Below, one piece after another: positions 13,786 through 32,480 of a stretch of DNA of 64,000 nucleotides (the stretch's first letter is position 1; each line of letters starts with the position of its first letter). Origin of the DNA: the human T2T-CHM13v2.0 reference genome, Homo sapiens. The notes below the pieces were generated by a model. It saw only the letters and a list, made by a program, of their open reading frames with translations. It made no database searches and was not told where the DNA came from. The stretch lies in the NCBI RefSeq assembly GCF_009914755.1, contig NC_060936.1, one strand, 5' to 3'. Made by a program: the position numbers and the translations under genes.

Positions 13786-13837
13786 CATAGAGTGGGATCG
13801 CCAACTGTCGCCGGAAAAGACTGTGGACTTTCTCAAG
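13786..13837 (-). CDS. SART3: SART3 exon 5 (LEKVHSLFRRQLAIPLY)
   Basis: CACAG acceptor, GTAAGA donor, 52 nt, frame consistent with neighbours. Confidence 0.93.
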
Positions 13838-13934
13838 CTGTGAATCAAAGGTTTGTTCCCGGTCAAAAGGGGAAAGGAAGCCAGCTACGGGCTAAAGAAG
13901 CAAATTAGTAGTAAATGACAAACTGTGGTTCTTT

Positions 13935-14224
13935 CTTTTTCTTTTGAGAAGGGTTCTTGCTGTCACCCTGGCTGGAGTGTGGTGGTGTGATCACAACTCA
14001 CTACAGCCTCACACTCCAGGCTCATGCAATCCTCCCACCTCAGAGTCCTGAGTAGCTAGGACCACAGGCATACGCCATCATGCCCAGCTAATGTTTTAGT
14101 TCTTGTAGAGATGGGGACTCACTACATTGCCCAGGCTGGTCTTGTACTCCTGAACTCAAGTGATCCTCTGGCCTCAGCCTCCCAAACTGCTGGAATTACA
14201 AGCATGAGCCACCGCACTTGGCCA
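13935..14224 (-). mobile_element. Alu (J-type)
   Basis: Antisense Alu dimer; TGGTTCTTTCT repeated at both flanks. Confidence 0.9.
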
Positions 14225-14497
14225 ACTCTGGTTCTTTCTACTTCAAAAAATATCTCAACAAATTTTCAGTTCAAGCTAAAAAAATTTATACGACCTCTTC
14301 CATACATATTGTACCAAATGCTAGAAGGGGTAGAAAAAAAGGTTATCTATCACCCCACCACTAAGGGATTGGCAAAGACCATTTTGTTAACTATATGAAC
14401 TGCAAGATTCATCATGGACATGTGTTTCAAAATAATCCTTCCAAGGAGACTTACAAAGACAGCCCCAACCCGTTCAGAGACAACCACAGGTACTCAC

Positions 14498-14682
14498 CCG
14501 AGCAGCTTCCACAATCGCACTTTCAAACTCTCGGTAAGCCTCCCAGAGGGCGAGTCCTTTGGTCATATGTAAACCAACAGACGAGAGAGCCCTTTCAAAC
14601 ACGGAGCGAACTTTCTCAAGGCCACCTTTCTGACCAATCCCACCAACTGAGTACTGGCCATACTCTAGCCAAATGTTAGGAC
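14498..14682 (-). CDS. SART3: SART3 exon 4 (PNIWLEYGQYSVGGIGQKGGLEKVRSVFERAL...IVEAAR)
   Basis: ORF 14474..14728; TTTTAG acceptor, GTGAGT donor, 185 nt. Confidence 0.96.
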
Positions 14683-15043
14683 CTAAAAATAAGAAGTGTT
14701 CAATTAGTTTGGGATATAAAATACCCAAATATCAAAACTGATGCATAACAAACGAAATGTGCCTACCAAAAAAGTACTCAGACAGCAGCACTAAATGACA
14801 GTGAAGGCCTAACAGCAGAGATGACCATAAAGGACTAAAAAACATTACAGTCTGGGGAAGACCATAGATCCTCAGAAAAAGATAAATGGTGCTATTAACA
14901 ATGCCTGTGAGAGAGTAAGAAGGGGGTAACAGGATCATCAGAAATCATGGGAACACCATGCACTGCTAAAATTATCAGTGGCTCTAAAAGAAGACTCATG
15001 GGCCACAGAGCAGAGATACAGGTATAGTTTTTAAAAACACATT

Positions 15044-15346
15044 TGGCCAGGTGCGGTGGCTCACGCCTGTAATCCCAGCACTTTGGGAGACTGACGTGGG
15101 AGGACCACAAGGTCAGGAGATCGAAACCAGCCTGGCCAATATGGTGAAACCCCGTCTCTACTAAAAATAGAAAAATTAGCCAGGCGTTGTGGCAGGCACC
15201 TGTAGTCCCAGCTACTCAGGAGGCTGAGGCAGGAGAATCGCTTGAACCTGGGTAGGGGGGAGGTTGCAGTGAGCCGAGATCACACCACTGCACTCCAGCC
15301 TAAGCGAAAGAGTAAGACTCTCTCTCAAAAAAAAAAAAAAAAAAAA
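15044..15346 (+). mobile_element. Alu (S-type)
   Basis: Alu dimer with A-tail; AAAAACACA flanks. Confidence 0.93.
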
Positions 15347-15376
15347 CACACATATAATATAGTTTTATATTCATAA

Positions 15377-16480
<1,104 letters not shown>

Positions 16481-17246
16481 TAAAACGCTTTTTAAAAGCA
16501 TTTTGTCCACAGCATTGTCTGATGTGGTCCCCAATTCACATAGAGAAAATATTTAAGACAATTATACTATATACAAGGGACGGTAAAGAGACTTAAAGGG
16601 AGGTGAGTCTTCTATACTTCACTTGCACTGGTAAGATGTCAATACCAGCAGGCGAGGGAGGTCTCTGTGGGGACAGAACAGCTCTGTATCTGGACTGCAG
16701 CAGTGGTTAGATGAATCTACACATGTAATAAAATGTCTTTTTTTTCCCATTGTTCCAAGGTCAATTTCCTGGTTTTGATTTTGTATTACAGAAACAAGAT
16801 ATTGGAGGAAACTGGGTGAAGGGAGTACACAAGACTTCTCTGTACTATTTCTGCAACTTCCTATGACTCTATAATTACTTCAAAATAAAAAGGTTTTCTT
16901 TTAATGTTTTAATCTTTTTTTTTAAAGCATCCTGTCCAAAACCTCTAAAAACCTATTGAATGTATAAAAGATCAGTGGAAATACCATGTAAGTTCTCACT
17001 GTCAATAAATCCTGAGTGTGAGTGTATTCACTCCCTTACTACAAGTGCTTCTTCCACTTTTATTTTAAAATTAAACTTCCTCAATTAAAGACCAAAGACA
17101 ATGATAAGACAACTCAACTTAAATCTTGCTAATTGTGAAACTAACGTTCCCTTTTCTGGGTAGCAACATCTCATAATACAGTCCTCAACAGCAGACTGAT
17201 ATATATGACATTGCCAGATATCCAAAAAAAGTCCACGGGAACTTAC

Positions 17247-17351
17247 AAATGTAATCCTTCACGGCTTTCTCAAAGAGGTCATACACGTGCTCTCTGTCCA
17301 GGCCATCCTGGGCCATGCTGATCTCGTCATGCAGCCACTCCAGCCAGAGCT
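17247..17351 (-). CDS. SART3: SART3 exon 3 (ELWLEWLHDEISMAQDGLDREHVYDLFEKAVKDYI)
   Basis: CGTAG acceptor, GTAAGT donor, 105 nt, HAT-repeat sequence in frame. Confidence 0.95.
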
Positions 17352-17634
17352 CTACGAGACAAAAATACTTCCCGCATTAATACCAAAGGGTAGGCTAAGC
17401 GCAGGGACTTTACCAAGAGACATCAGCATGCAAACGTTTCATCCATCTTACACAACCTGGCGTTGTTTCCAGAAATTCACTTCTTAAAACCTGAACTAAG
17501 CACATAGGAGGTTTTATGCTTCCAAATAAGATCAAATCACTAAAATCATAATATCCTCCACCTGTTAGGCATTTTATATTTTGCAAAGCACTTTTCTCAT
17601 TCAGTCTTTATCACAATCCTGTAAGGTTGGTGAT

Positions 17635-17895
17635 AGTAACACTAATAATAATGACATCTATCTAAGGATGACAACATGCCAGGCATGTGTTAAGTGTTAA
17701 ACGTAGAATAGCTCATCCTATACCGTCATACATTACAATGCAGAAACTACTGTTGCCATCATTTAACTGCTAGAAAAACTGAGTCTTAGAATGTTTACAT
17801 AATTTGCTTAAGGTCACACAGCTAGTAAAAGATGTAGCCAGGAATGAATCTAGGTCACCTGACTCCAGCATCTACACTCGGCAGTTATGCTTTGC
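17635..17895. mobile_element. MIR SINE
   Basis: AAAACTGAG...AAGGTCACACAGCTAGTAA core. Confidence 0.75.
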
Positions 17896-18447
17896 AGAAG
17901 GGAAAAGGGGCAGAGTGGGATCTAGGACCAAAGTGTTCTAAGTACTGCCCAAAGATCACTTATTAATATTCATGAAGATTGAACTACAGAGTTGTTCAGT
18001 GCAATTATGTTTCTAATAAGCAAATAAGTAGAAATAACCTAAATGCCCAACTATTCTGGAACAATTAATGTATGAAACATTTACATAAAAAACTGTCTGT
18101 AAAAGTTTAAATATATTTACAATTTTCTGGTTTTAAGAGAATGGTTTAAATACATAAATAGTGAAATGGGAAATACAGAAATGAAAGCCAAGTTTAATTA
18201 CATTACAAATGTTTACCACAACGTTAGAATAAAGAAATCAGAATTCAAAATCCGTGTTATATGATCATAACTACATTTTGCAAAAAACTACAATAAACTA
18301 AAAATAGCTAACTCTGATGCGTTTTCTTCTTTCCACTACACTGAACGTTCCAGGTTTTCTACAAGGAGCATGTCCCACTTTCAACATTGTAAAAAATGTG
18401 CAAGCCTTGTTTCTGTTTCTAAAAGCAGCCTGACTGCTGAAGCTTAC

Positions 18448-18574
18448 CTTCAGTCAAGGGAAAGATTTCACTCATCTTCTGGCGGGCCATCCTCACCTTG
18501 GTAAGCTCCCCTTCCAGCCTGAGCAGTCTGATCAAGTCCACATGGCAGTTGTAGTCATAGACGTTGATAGACAA
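18448..18574 (-). CDS. SART3: SART3 exon 2 (LSINVYDYNCHVDLIRLLRLEGELTKVRMARQKMSEIFPLTE)
   Basis: TGTTAG acceptor, GTAAGC donor, 127 nt, frame continues from exon 1. Confidence 0.95.
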
Positions 18575-19090
18575 CTAACAGGAAAAGAAACAAGTTGAAA
18601 TTTAAAACACCATCATCAAGTAACTTAGCTTTTGTCACTACTGGTAACTACACATATACCTGCCACAAACAAAATAAACGTGCTATCTGAGAAAACCACT
18701 GAAACAGCAACCCAGCACGTACCCACAGGTAGAAGACAAAACAATAAAAGAGGCTTTTGTAACAAACATAAAGCTCCCTCAAATCTGTTACAGTTCCTGT
18801 TAGAAGACATTTGGGTTCTCTTGGAAATAAAGGAGGCATTCTAATGAAACAAATAAAAAGTATGTGACCTTAGGTAAGTTATTTACTTTCCTAAGCTCTA
18901 TTTCCTCATCTATAAAATGAGGACACTACTAGTTTCTAGCTCATACCAGGTCTTCCAAGGATTTAAAAAATTTCTACTGTTACACTGGTCTTTAAGAAAA
19001 ACTAAAAAATAAAAAGGTAATTTCATAACGTCCTTTAGCACATGTGAGGTACACTGTAAGACCTCTTTTATTTTACTAAATAAAAAAGAT

Positions 19091-19395
19091 GGAAGCCAGT
19101 TGTGGTGGCTCACATCTGTGATCCCAGCACTTTGGGAGGCCGAGGCAGGTGGATTGCTTGAGCTCAGGAGTTCGAGACCAGCCTCAGCAACACAGTCAAA
19201 CCCTATCTCTACCAAAAATACAAAAAATTAGCCAGACATGGTGGCATGCACCTGTGGTCCCAGCTACTTGGGAGGCTGAAGTGGATCACCTGAGCCTGGG
19301 AGACAGAGGTTGCAGCGAGCCGAGACCACACCACTGCACTCTAGGCCTGGGTGACAGAGCAAGACCCAATCTCAAAAAAAAAAAAAAAAAAAAGA
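19091..19395 (+). mobile_element. Alu
   Basis: Alu dimer with A-tail. Confidence 0.9.
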
Positions 19396-19519
19396 TAGAA
19401 ATCCCTATTAGAGAAACAAGAGTGGCAGCAGGTTGGTATCTGTTGATGCTGAGTGACAGGTACATAAAGTTTTATTTGTACATTTGAAACTTTTCAAACT
19501 AAAATTATTTTAAGTTACC

Positions 19520-22500
19520 ATATATCTGAGACAAAGAAAAATGAAAAAAATGTCACTAGCAGACCTACCCTTGAAGAATAGCTAAAGGAAGTTCTTCGAA
19601 CAGAAAAGTTAGAAGAAGGAATCCTAAAGCATCAAAAAGGAAGAAAGAACAGGAAGAGCAGAAATACGGGAACTACGACAGATTATCCTCCTCTCCTCAT
19701 GAGCTTTCTAAATCATATGTAATGGAACAAACATTGTAAGAACTTCTGATACCCAACACAGTATTATTTAAAAGTGGGGATGGAAAGAGAACTGAAATGG
19801 AAGATTCCCACACTTCATTCAAGTGCTAAAACACGGATACCATGTAAGTCAACTCCGTATATTTTAATACCCAAAGCAACCACTGAGAAAACTATTCAAA
19901 GCAATTACACTAAAAATCACCTTAAATAAATCAAGATGGCTGGGCATGGTGGCTCACACCTGTAATCCCAGCACTTTGGGAGGCCAAAGCGGGCAGATCA
20001 TGAGGTCAGGAGTTCAAGACCAGCCTGGCCAACATGGTGAAACCCTGTCTCTACCAAAAAATACAAAAAATTAGCTGAGTGTGGTGGCACATGCCTGTAG
20101 TCCAGCTACTCAGGAGGCTGAGACAGGAGAATCGCTTGAACCCGGGAGGCGGAGGTTGCAGTGAGCAGAGATCCAGCCTGGGTGACAAAACAAGGCTCCA
20201 TCTCAAAAAAATAAATAAATAAATCAAGATGAAAATCTAAAAAATATTCAAATAATCCACAGAAAGGCAAGAAAGGAGAAACAGAAGAATGAGAAACAGA
20301 AAATAAACAGAAAATAGTAAAACGGCAGGCTTTGGTCTGAATAAACCAACAATTGCCTTAAATGCGAATGGTGCATATATGCTAATTAAAAGGTAGATAA
20401 TGGTAGAGTGGATAAAAACACAACCCAACTATATGGTGAGTACAAGAAATTCATTTCAAATTCAAAGACACAGGTAAACTGGTTGAAAGGAAAAGGAGAG
20501 AAAAAGATAACATGCAAGCATTAATTAAAAAGTTGAAGCGGACATATTAATATCACATAACGTACACTTCAGAGCAAAGAAAATTACTAGAGATAAAAAG
20601 GATTATATAATGACACATAATAATAAATAGATCAATCTACCAGGAAGACATAACAATCCTAAATGTGTAGGAACCAAAGAGCGCTTGAAAATTCATGAAG
20701 CAAAAACTATTACAGAGCTCAAAGAGACACAGCAGCAATTACATTTGGCAACTTCAACATCTCCCTTTTCAGCAACTGATAAAACTACTAGACACTTGAA
20801 TATGTTGAACCTGGTCAAAAAGAAGATGAATAAAAGAAAAAGAAAATTAGACAAAAGCAAATTAAAAAATTTTTAAGTTTTTAAAAAGAAAGGAAATTGT
20901 TTAATTTTTTTTTAAACTAGGCAGAACAGGGTTATAGAAGAACTCAATAACGCCGTCAACGAACATGACCTAATTTATATAGAGAACAGCCCACCCAACA
21001 ATACAGAATATGTATTTTTCTCAAGTACTTACGGAACATTCACTGAAGCCATATCCTTGGCCATAAAACAAACCTCAACAATTTAAGAGAAATGAAAACC
21101 ATGCAGAGTATGTTTTGTGACCACAATGGAATCAAATTAGAAACCACTAACAGTAAGAAAATCTCTGAACACGTGAAAATTAAGTAATACGCTTCTAAAT
21201 AATCTGCAGGTCAAAGAGGAAGTCTCCAAGAAAATTTACAAATTAAAAAAAGTGAATGAAAATGAAATTGCAACAAATCAAAATAAGTAGGATGCTACTA
21301 AAACAGTACGGAGGAAAATTTAAAGAACTAAATTCAGTGTATAAGAAGAATTATACACCATGACCAAGTGGTATTTATTCCAGGTTTGCAAGGCTAATTC
21401 AACATTTAAAAATCAATTACTGTAATCCAGTGTATCAAAAGGCTAAAGAAAACTCATGGTATCAATAGATGCAGAAAATGCATGTGACAAAATCCAACAA
21501 CCATTCATGGTTAAAACACTCAGCATGTTAGGAATAGAGGGAAACAACCTCAACCTGATAAAGAGCATCTATAAAAAATCTATCCCATAAGTTGGGATAT
21601 AGGGTTACCTTAACATCATTCCTAATGGTAAAAGATTGAACACTTTCCTCCTAAAATCAAGAACAAGGCAAGGATGTCTGCTCTCACCACTCTTTTCCAA
21701 CAAAGTCCTATAAGTTCTAGCCTGTTCAATAAGACAAGGAAAAGAAATAAAAGCTATACAGCTCGGAAAAATAAAACTGTCCTGATTTGTAGATGATATG
21801 GCTAAGCAGACAATCTTAAGGAACCAATTAAAAAAAAAAAAACTCCAAAAATAGTGAACTGAGCAAGGTCACAGAATATAAGATAAACATACAAAAACAA
21901 AAAAAAAAACAAAAGAACATGTGGAAACCAAATTTAAAGACATAGCACCATTTACAATCACTCCAAAAAACCTAAATAATTAGGTGTATATTTAAAAAGT
22001 TTACAAAATCTGTATGCTGAAAATTACAAAATGCTGAGGAAAGAAATCAAAGACCTAAAAAAAGAGACACTTCATGTTCATGGATTGAAAAACTCAACAT
22101 AGTCAAGAAGTAAATTCTCCCTAAACTGACTTACAGGCTTACTGAAACTCCAATTAAAATCCCAACAAGGTTTTTTGTAGACCTAGACAAGCTTATTCTA
22201 AAATGTATATGGGATGGCAGAGGCCCTAGAATAGCTAAAAATGATCTTGAAAAAGAATAAAGTGGGAGTAATCACTCTACCTGATTGATACTAAAACCTA
22301 CAATACAGCTACAATCATCAAGGCAGTGTGAGAATGGCAGAAAGATACATAGATGAAGAGAATAGAACCCAGTAACACACCCACACAAATATGCCCAAAT
22401 AATTTTTGACAAACGCAATGCAACAGAGGAAAAAAAAAGGCATTTTCAAAAAATTATGCTGGAGCAAATGGATATCCACAGGCAAAACAAATAAATACAC

Positions 22501-22815
22501 CTTGACCTAAACTTCACGCCTTACAGAAATAACTCAAAATGGATCACACTTAAATGTGAAATGTAAATATAACATCACAAAATGTTAGGACAAGAGAAAA
22601 ATTTCAAGGCAACATCAAGGATCCTTAAGGTGACAGAACTGATCTGTATCTTGACTATATCAATGTCAATACCCAGGTTATTACATATTATAGTTCCTCA
22701 AAGTGTTATCATTGAGGGAAACTGGGTAAAAAGTACACGAAAAATCTCTATTATTTCTTACAAGTGCATGGAAATCTACAATTATCTCAAAATAAAAAGG
22801 CGAATTGTTTAAAAA
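19520..22815 (+). mobile_element. Degraded L1M (ORF1 end / ORF2 / 3' pieces) in SART3 intron 1, antisense to the gene, containing an Alu at ~19938-20225
   Basis: L1 ORF2 motifs (AAAATCAAGAACAAGGCAAGGATGTCTGCTCTCACCACT, CATGTTCATGGATTG); Alu TSD AAATAAATCAAGAT. Confidence 0.85.
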
Positions 22816-23199
22816 GCTTTTGTTGGGATATAGGGATAATTTAAGTCTGTACACCAAGACTTCATTAGTATCTACTCTTCCAACATCTGCCACATTTTAG
22901 GAATATTTCCCTCTCCAGAGATAAAAGATTACCTACACTTCATTCAAATTACACTCTACCATCTGACAACATACCCTAATAATCCAGGTACTAGATATTT
23001 AATTAAAATACAGAAAGACAGCCAATGAATATGATTACTTGAACTTTAGGATAAAAATCTTAACAATGAAGTAGCCAGTGAACCTTTAAATGGAGTGGGG
23101 ACAAGGACCAACCATTCAGAGAATACAAATATGAAGGATTACGGGGTTTTGTTCAAGTGTTTAGATTTTAAACAAGAACTCATTATCTTTCTCTACTAA

Positions 23200-23685
23200 T
23201 TATAATAGTAAAACCCTTCCATGGCTTCCCACTATCCTAGGAACAATTTGCAAATCCCTGCCTCATGTGCAATCCCAGCATGCTGGGCTCATCTCTCCAG
23301 CTACATCTCAAACCACCGGCCTCTCAACATGGCAGCCAGCTTCGTGTAACTCAAACATTCCAACGTCTCTCCAACCTCAGGGCTAGGCACCTGCTGCTCC
23401 TTCAGCCCAGAAGGATCTCTCACCTTCTCTCTGCCTAGCCACCCCTTTTCATACTTCAGGTATAAACTTCACTTCCTCAGAGGGCGCCCCCGCCCCCGAC
23501 CCCGGCCCCCCTCCTATGCCACTCTTTCTTAAGTAGCCCCCTATATGCTGCAAGCTGTTTTCCATCTCATCATCGTGTTTATTTCCATCATGACCTAAAG
23601 GCTTCATGGGATAAGTACCTTGTATGTCTTATGCCTTGACTTGGTTAGATTCTTTACCTACCTGGCACACAGAATTCAATAAATT
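23200..23685. mobile_element. L2 LINE 3' fragment
   Basis: AAACCCTTCCATGGCTTCCC...CCTCAGGGC...CCTGGCACACAG...TCAATAAAT signature. Confidence 0.65.
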
Positions 23686-23687
23686 AC

Positions 23688-25400
<1,713 letters not shown>

Positions 25401-25469
25401 AGCTAAAATAAATTCACAACCTATGACTATGACCCCCAGGTTGAAAAACAGTGACTTTGAGAAACTCTC

Positions 25470-29101
<3,632 letters not shown>

Positions 29102-29857
29102 CTACCCTCTCCTCCCTGCCCTGTGTCCCCGAGTATAGACCTCATGTACAGGTTTCCTGGCTCTCCAGCTTCCAGATGGGTCTGCCCAGCAGGAGGCACC
29201 AGCAGAAGTTTGGTGGGAGGAAGAAAGAGAGGTCAGGGTATTTCTTCCCCCACCTCAATCCTTGACAGGAAACTGGGGCTGCTTCCCTTGAACAAAGTTA
29301 TCAGCAGGTCTCAGGTGCCTTCTCCACACAATTCAGATCACACCCTTCACCCCTTCCGGCCCAAAGATGGACACCAGGTTCTGGAGTTACCAGCTATGGG
29401 ATACTAAACCTTCACTCCCGATTTCCCTACCCACACCTTTATTGAGTTTCTCTCAGATCATCCTAATTTAAATGTGCCACCTATTTCCTGCTGAGATCCT
29501 GGATTATACAGTAGATATCACCACCTCATAAGGTTACAAGTGAGAGACCATGTTATGACTAGATGCTAGGCACTGAGCTATAGTTACTGTTACAACAATT
29601 ATATTATGCAGAAATTGTTGCTCCCAATCTGCAGATAAGGAAGTCGAGAGGGTGAGAGAAATTAAGAAATTCTTACAAGCACATACAAGAGTTGAACAGC
29701 TAGAACTGAGGCCTTAACCTCCAGAACCAGAAACCTTTCCATTTCTATTATCACCATCGCGGTCAATATTTTTCTTACCACAAGTTTCATCATCGCCGTC
29801 ATTCCTACATAACAAAATAACACTCTCTTGCGAATGAGTTTATTTCTACTGTTGGAC

Positions 29858-30068
29858 GTGTGGTTAAGAGTGGGAGTTCTGGAATGGGATCAAAGTACAA
29901 GGCCTGACTTGCAGGAAGTGTTATCTTGAGCAAGAGACTTTCCTCCACGAGCCTCAGTTTCCTCCAGTAAAATGGGGATAGATAACAGGGCTTCCTTCAC
30001 AGGGTCGTGGCGAGGATTCAATGAGATAACGTTTGCAAGGCAATGGGCAGGCAGTAAGCACTCAAATC
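29858..30068. mobile_element. MIR SINE adjoining the SART3 CpG island
   Basis: GTGGTTAAGAGT...GAGCCTCAGTTTCCTCCAGTAAAATGGGGATA. Confidence 0.75.
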
Positions 30069-30960
30069 CGACAGGAGCTACTGTCACGAAAAACGGGTTT
30101 GCAGCCTTGGCGGCTTTATCGCCGCCGAGGACTAGGGAGGCGGGCCAGGACATGGGGACCCGAGGACCTGAAAGACTGGAAGATGCCCGCTGCCCACCCC
30201 CGGGCCCACCTGCTCCTCCAGTCTCTCAATCTCCAGCTGGTTTTTCTCCTCCTCTTCGTCATATTCCCACTCGTACTCCCCGGGGGAGCTCTCCGCGGAG
30301 GAAGCCATGGCGTACTCATCCCCATCGCTCTCGCTCACGCCTTCCTCCTGCTGATCCCACGCTGGCCCCATGGTCTTGTATGTCGCAGCGGCCACAGCCC
30401 GCGATAACACCTTTCTCCTTGTCCTAGCCGCCTTAACCTCATCCTCCTCTCCGTCAGCCTTGGGCCCAGCCTTGGACTCAGCCTCGGGTTCTGAAGCCGA
30501 GGTTTCGGCCGCAGTCGCCATCTTGCGCTTCTAATGACTCTCGGGTCTTCCCGCGGCCGCCGAAGACCCGCTGAGGCAGAAGCTGCCCGCGGCGCGCGCC
30601 TTATCAAAAACCCGTTTTCTTGCCATTGAAAGAGAAACTGGGAACTTAGATAACAGGAAAATCTCCACATACACTAAATTCACATTATTTTATACCCTTG
30701 TAAAAGCTCCCACCAGATATAAAAACTCATTATAATGGCATGCGTTCCGTCACAACTTCGGACAGAAGTTGGGTCTTTGGGCAGGAAGTGGAAGCCATAG
30801 AGGAAGTCATGGAGCGAGAGTGATGTCTGTAGTGAAGAATTTGGCGCCATCTTGAGAAGGTCAAAGTGATTCTTCGATTAAATGCCTTACTTATCGCCTA
30901 GTGTGACCTGGCGCTTGGGTTTACTCTCCCCAGCAACTGCGCCTCAAACGCAAAGAAAAC
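30040..30960. promoter_or_regulatory. SART3 CpG island / promoter (YY1-like CGCCATCTTG at 30516 and 30845, ETS GGAAGT at 30784 and 30802)
   Basis: High CpG density around exon 1; motifs read directly. Confidence 0.8.
30210..30521 (-). CDS. SART3: SART3 coding exon 1 (MATAAETSASEPEAESK...LEEQ, 104 codons, acidic N-terminus)
   Basis: ORF 30132..30521 matches the SART3/Tip110 N-terminus; donor CAG|GTGGGC at 30209; lies in a CpG island. Confidence 0.97.
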
Positions 30961-31649
30961 TGCAGGTCCTCGGGGAAGGATCGATTTCACCATTCAAGAG
31001 AAAAATCCATTTCCCAGATTCCTCCCCTTTATGTAAACGTCTGGTACCTAGTAGACGTTAAATACACGTGAGTTTTCCGGTTTTATAAGATCACATACTG
31101 CAAACCAACAGTAAATTACATTAATACGCATTTCTTTAGAAATTCTTAATTGCTAGGCACTGACATATAAATTGAGTTTGCTGTTGTTTTAGAGAGAAAA
31201 ATAGACATATTCATTTTTTTTCAATCAGGACATGGTATTCGTTTCCTTCTTAAGCTTCCCATTTTTGAGGTAGGAAAGTATTGGTGTGTGTCTCTATCTC
31301 TACCTTGCTCCCTCATTAGCAGGCTTAATGGGCAGGAATTATGTCTGTTTTGCTTTCCGTTGGATCCCCGGGTCTAGTAGCGCGCCTTGACACATAGTAG
31401 GTACTCGACACAGATGCTGGCTTCATGATGAAGCAATTGTCCTCGAATTAATACAAAAGGGAAGATTCAGACTTAGCGAGCCGGTACCATTCGTCTAGGG
31501 ACACACAGCCAGGAAGGAACCGAACCAGGATTCTAACCCAGGATTACCCAAGTTCGAATTCTAATTGAACATAAGTCCTTAGCGACCTTGGACGGAGTTA
31601 CTAAACTGCCCTGAATCTCGGCTTCCTTAGCTGCAAAATAGGGTTAGGA

Positions 31650-32480
31650 AAAGTGGACTCGGTGCTCCTCTGCGCCGCATTCCCGCAGCGGGATTTGTGA
31701 AAGCGAACTTGAGCCCCACACTGCAGAAGCCTGAGGTCCTGTCTCAACCAGAATCCAGCACCCAGGACAAGCCCTCCAGCGACTTCAGACCTTCCCGCTC
31801 CCGACCCCGCCCGCCCCCGAGAGGCGTGGTCAAGGCGGGGCCAGAAGGCGGACGCGTGCACGGAGCGGTAAAGCGCAGGCGCAAAGCTTCGGTGACGTCA
31901 GAGAGGCGCGCTCCCAGCTCGGAGCCGACTCGCAGACGCGCCCCGCCCCTCGGCGTCGCTCTGGACTGGCGCAGGCGCAAGCCGGCAAGATGGCGGCGGC
32001 TGGGGCTGGCCGTCTGAGGCGGGTGGCATCGGCTCTGCTGCTGCGGAGCCCCCGCCTGCCCGCCCGGGAGCTGTCGGCCCCGGCCCGACTCTATCACAAG
32101 AAGGTAGGGACAAAAGAGGGGACGCGCGGAATGCCGACTCAGCGGAGGCCTGGGCTGGAGGGGCGGCCGCGGGGTTCTGCGCAGCTAGGACTGGGAGCTG
32201 TGCCCTCCCACGTCTTTGCCCTGACTCGCTTTCCCTTGCTGCGCAGTGAGGCTCACTGCAACTGATAAACAACAGTTACCGCTCATCGGGCGGCGACTTC
32301 CAGGGGGCCCCGCCGCTGGCCGCGACTTCGTGCGTCCCAATTTTAAATTCGCCAACAGCCCAGGAGGCAGGGTCCTGTTGGGACTTGTCTTTCTGAGTCC
32401 AGGGACAGACACACCCCCGGAGCGGGCTCCGGCTTCAGCCACTCCGCTGCCCTGGCCAGATGACCTTGGGCTAGTCACTG
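31650..32480 (+). promoter_or_regulatory. ISCU CpG island / TATA-less promoter: NRF1-like GCGCAGGCGCA (31873-31883, 31969-31979), full CRE TGACGTCA (31893-31900), GC box (31941-31949), YY1 motif over the ATG
   Basis: Motifs read directly; arrangement typical of nuclear-encoded mitochondrial gene promoters. Confidence 0.85.
31990..32103 (+). CDS. ISCU: ISCU exon 1, mitochondrial targeting peptide of ISCU2 (MAAAGAGRLRRVASALLLRSPRLPARELSAPARLYHKK)
   Basis: ORF 31990..32265; Arg/Leu/Ala-rich presequence; AAG|GTAGGG donor; strong Kozak AAGATGG. Confidence 0.97.
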
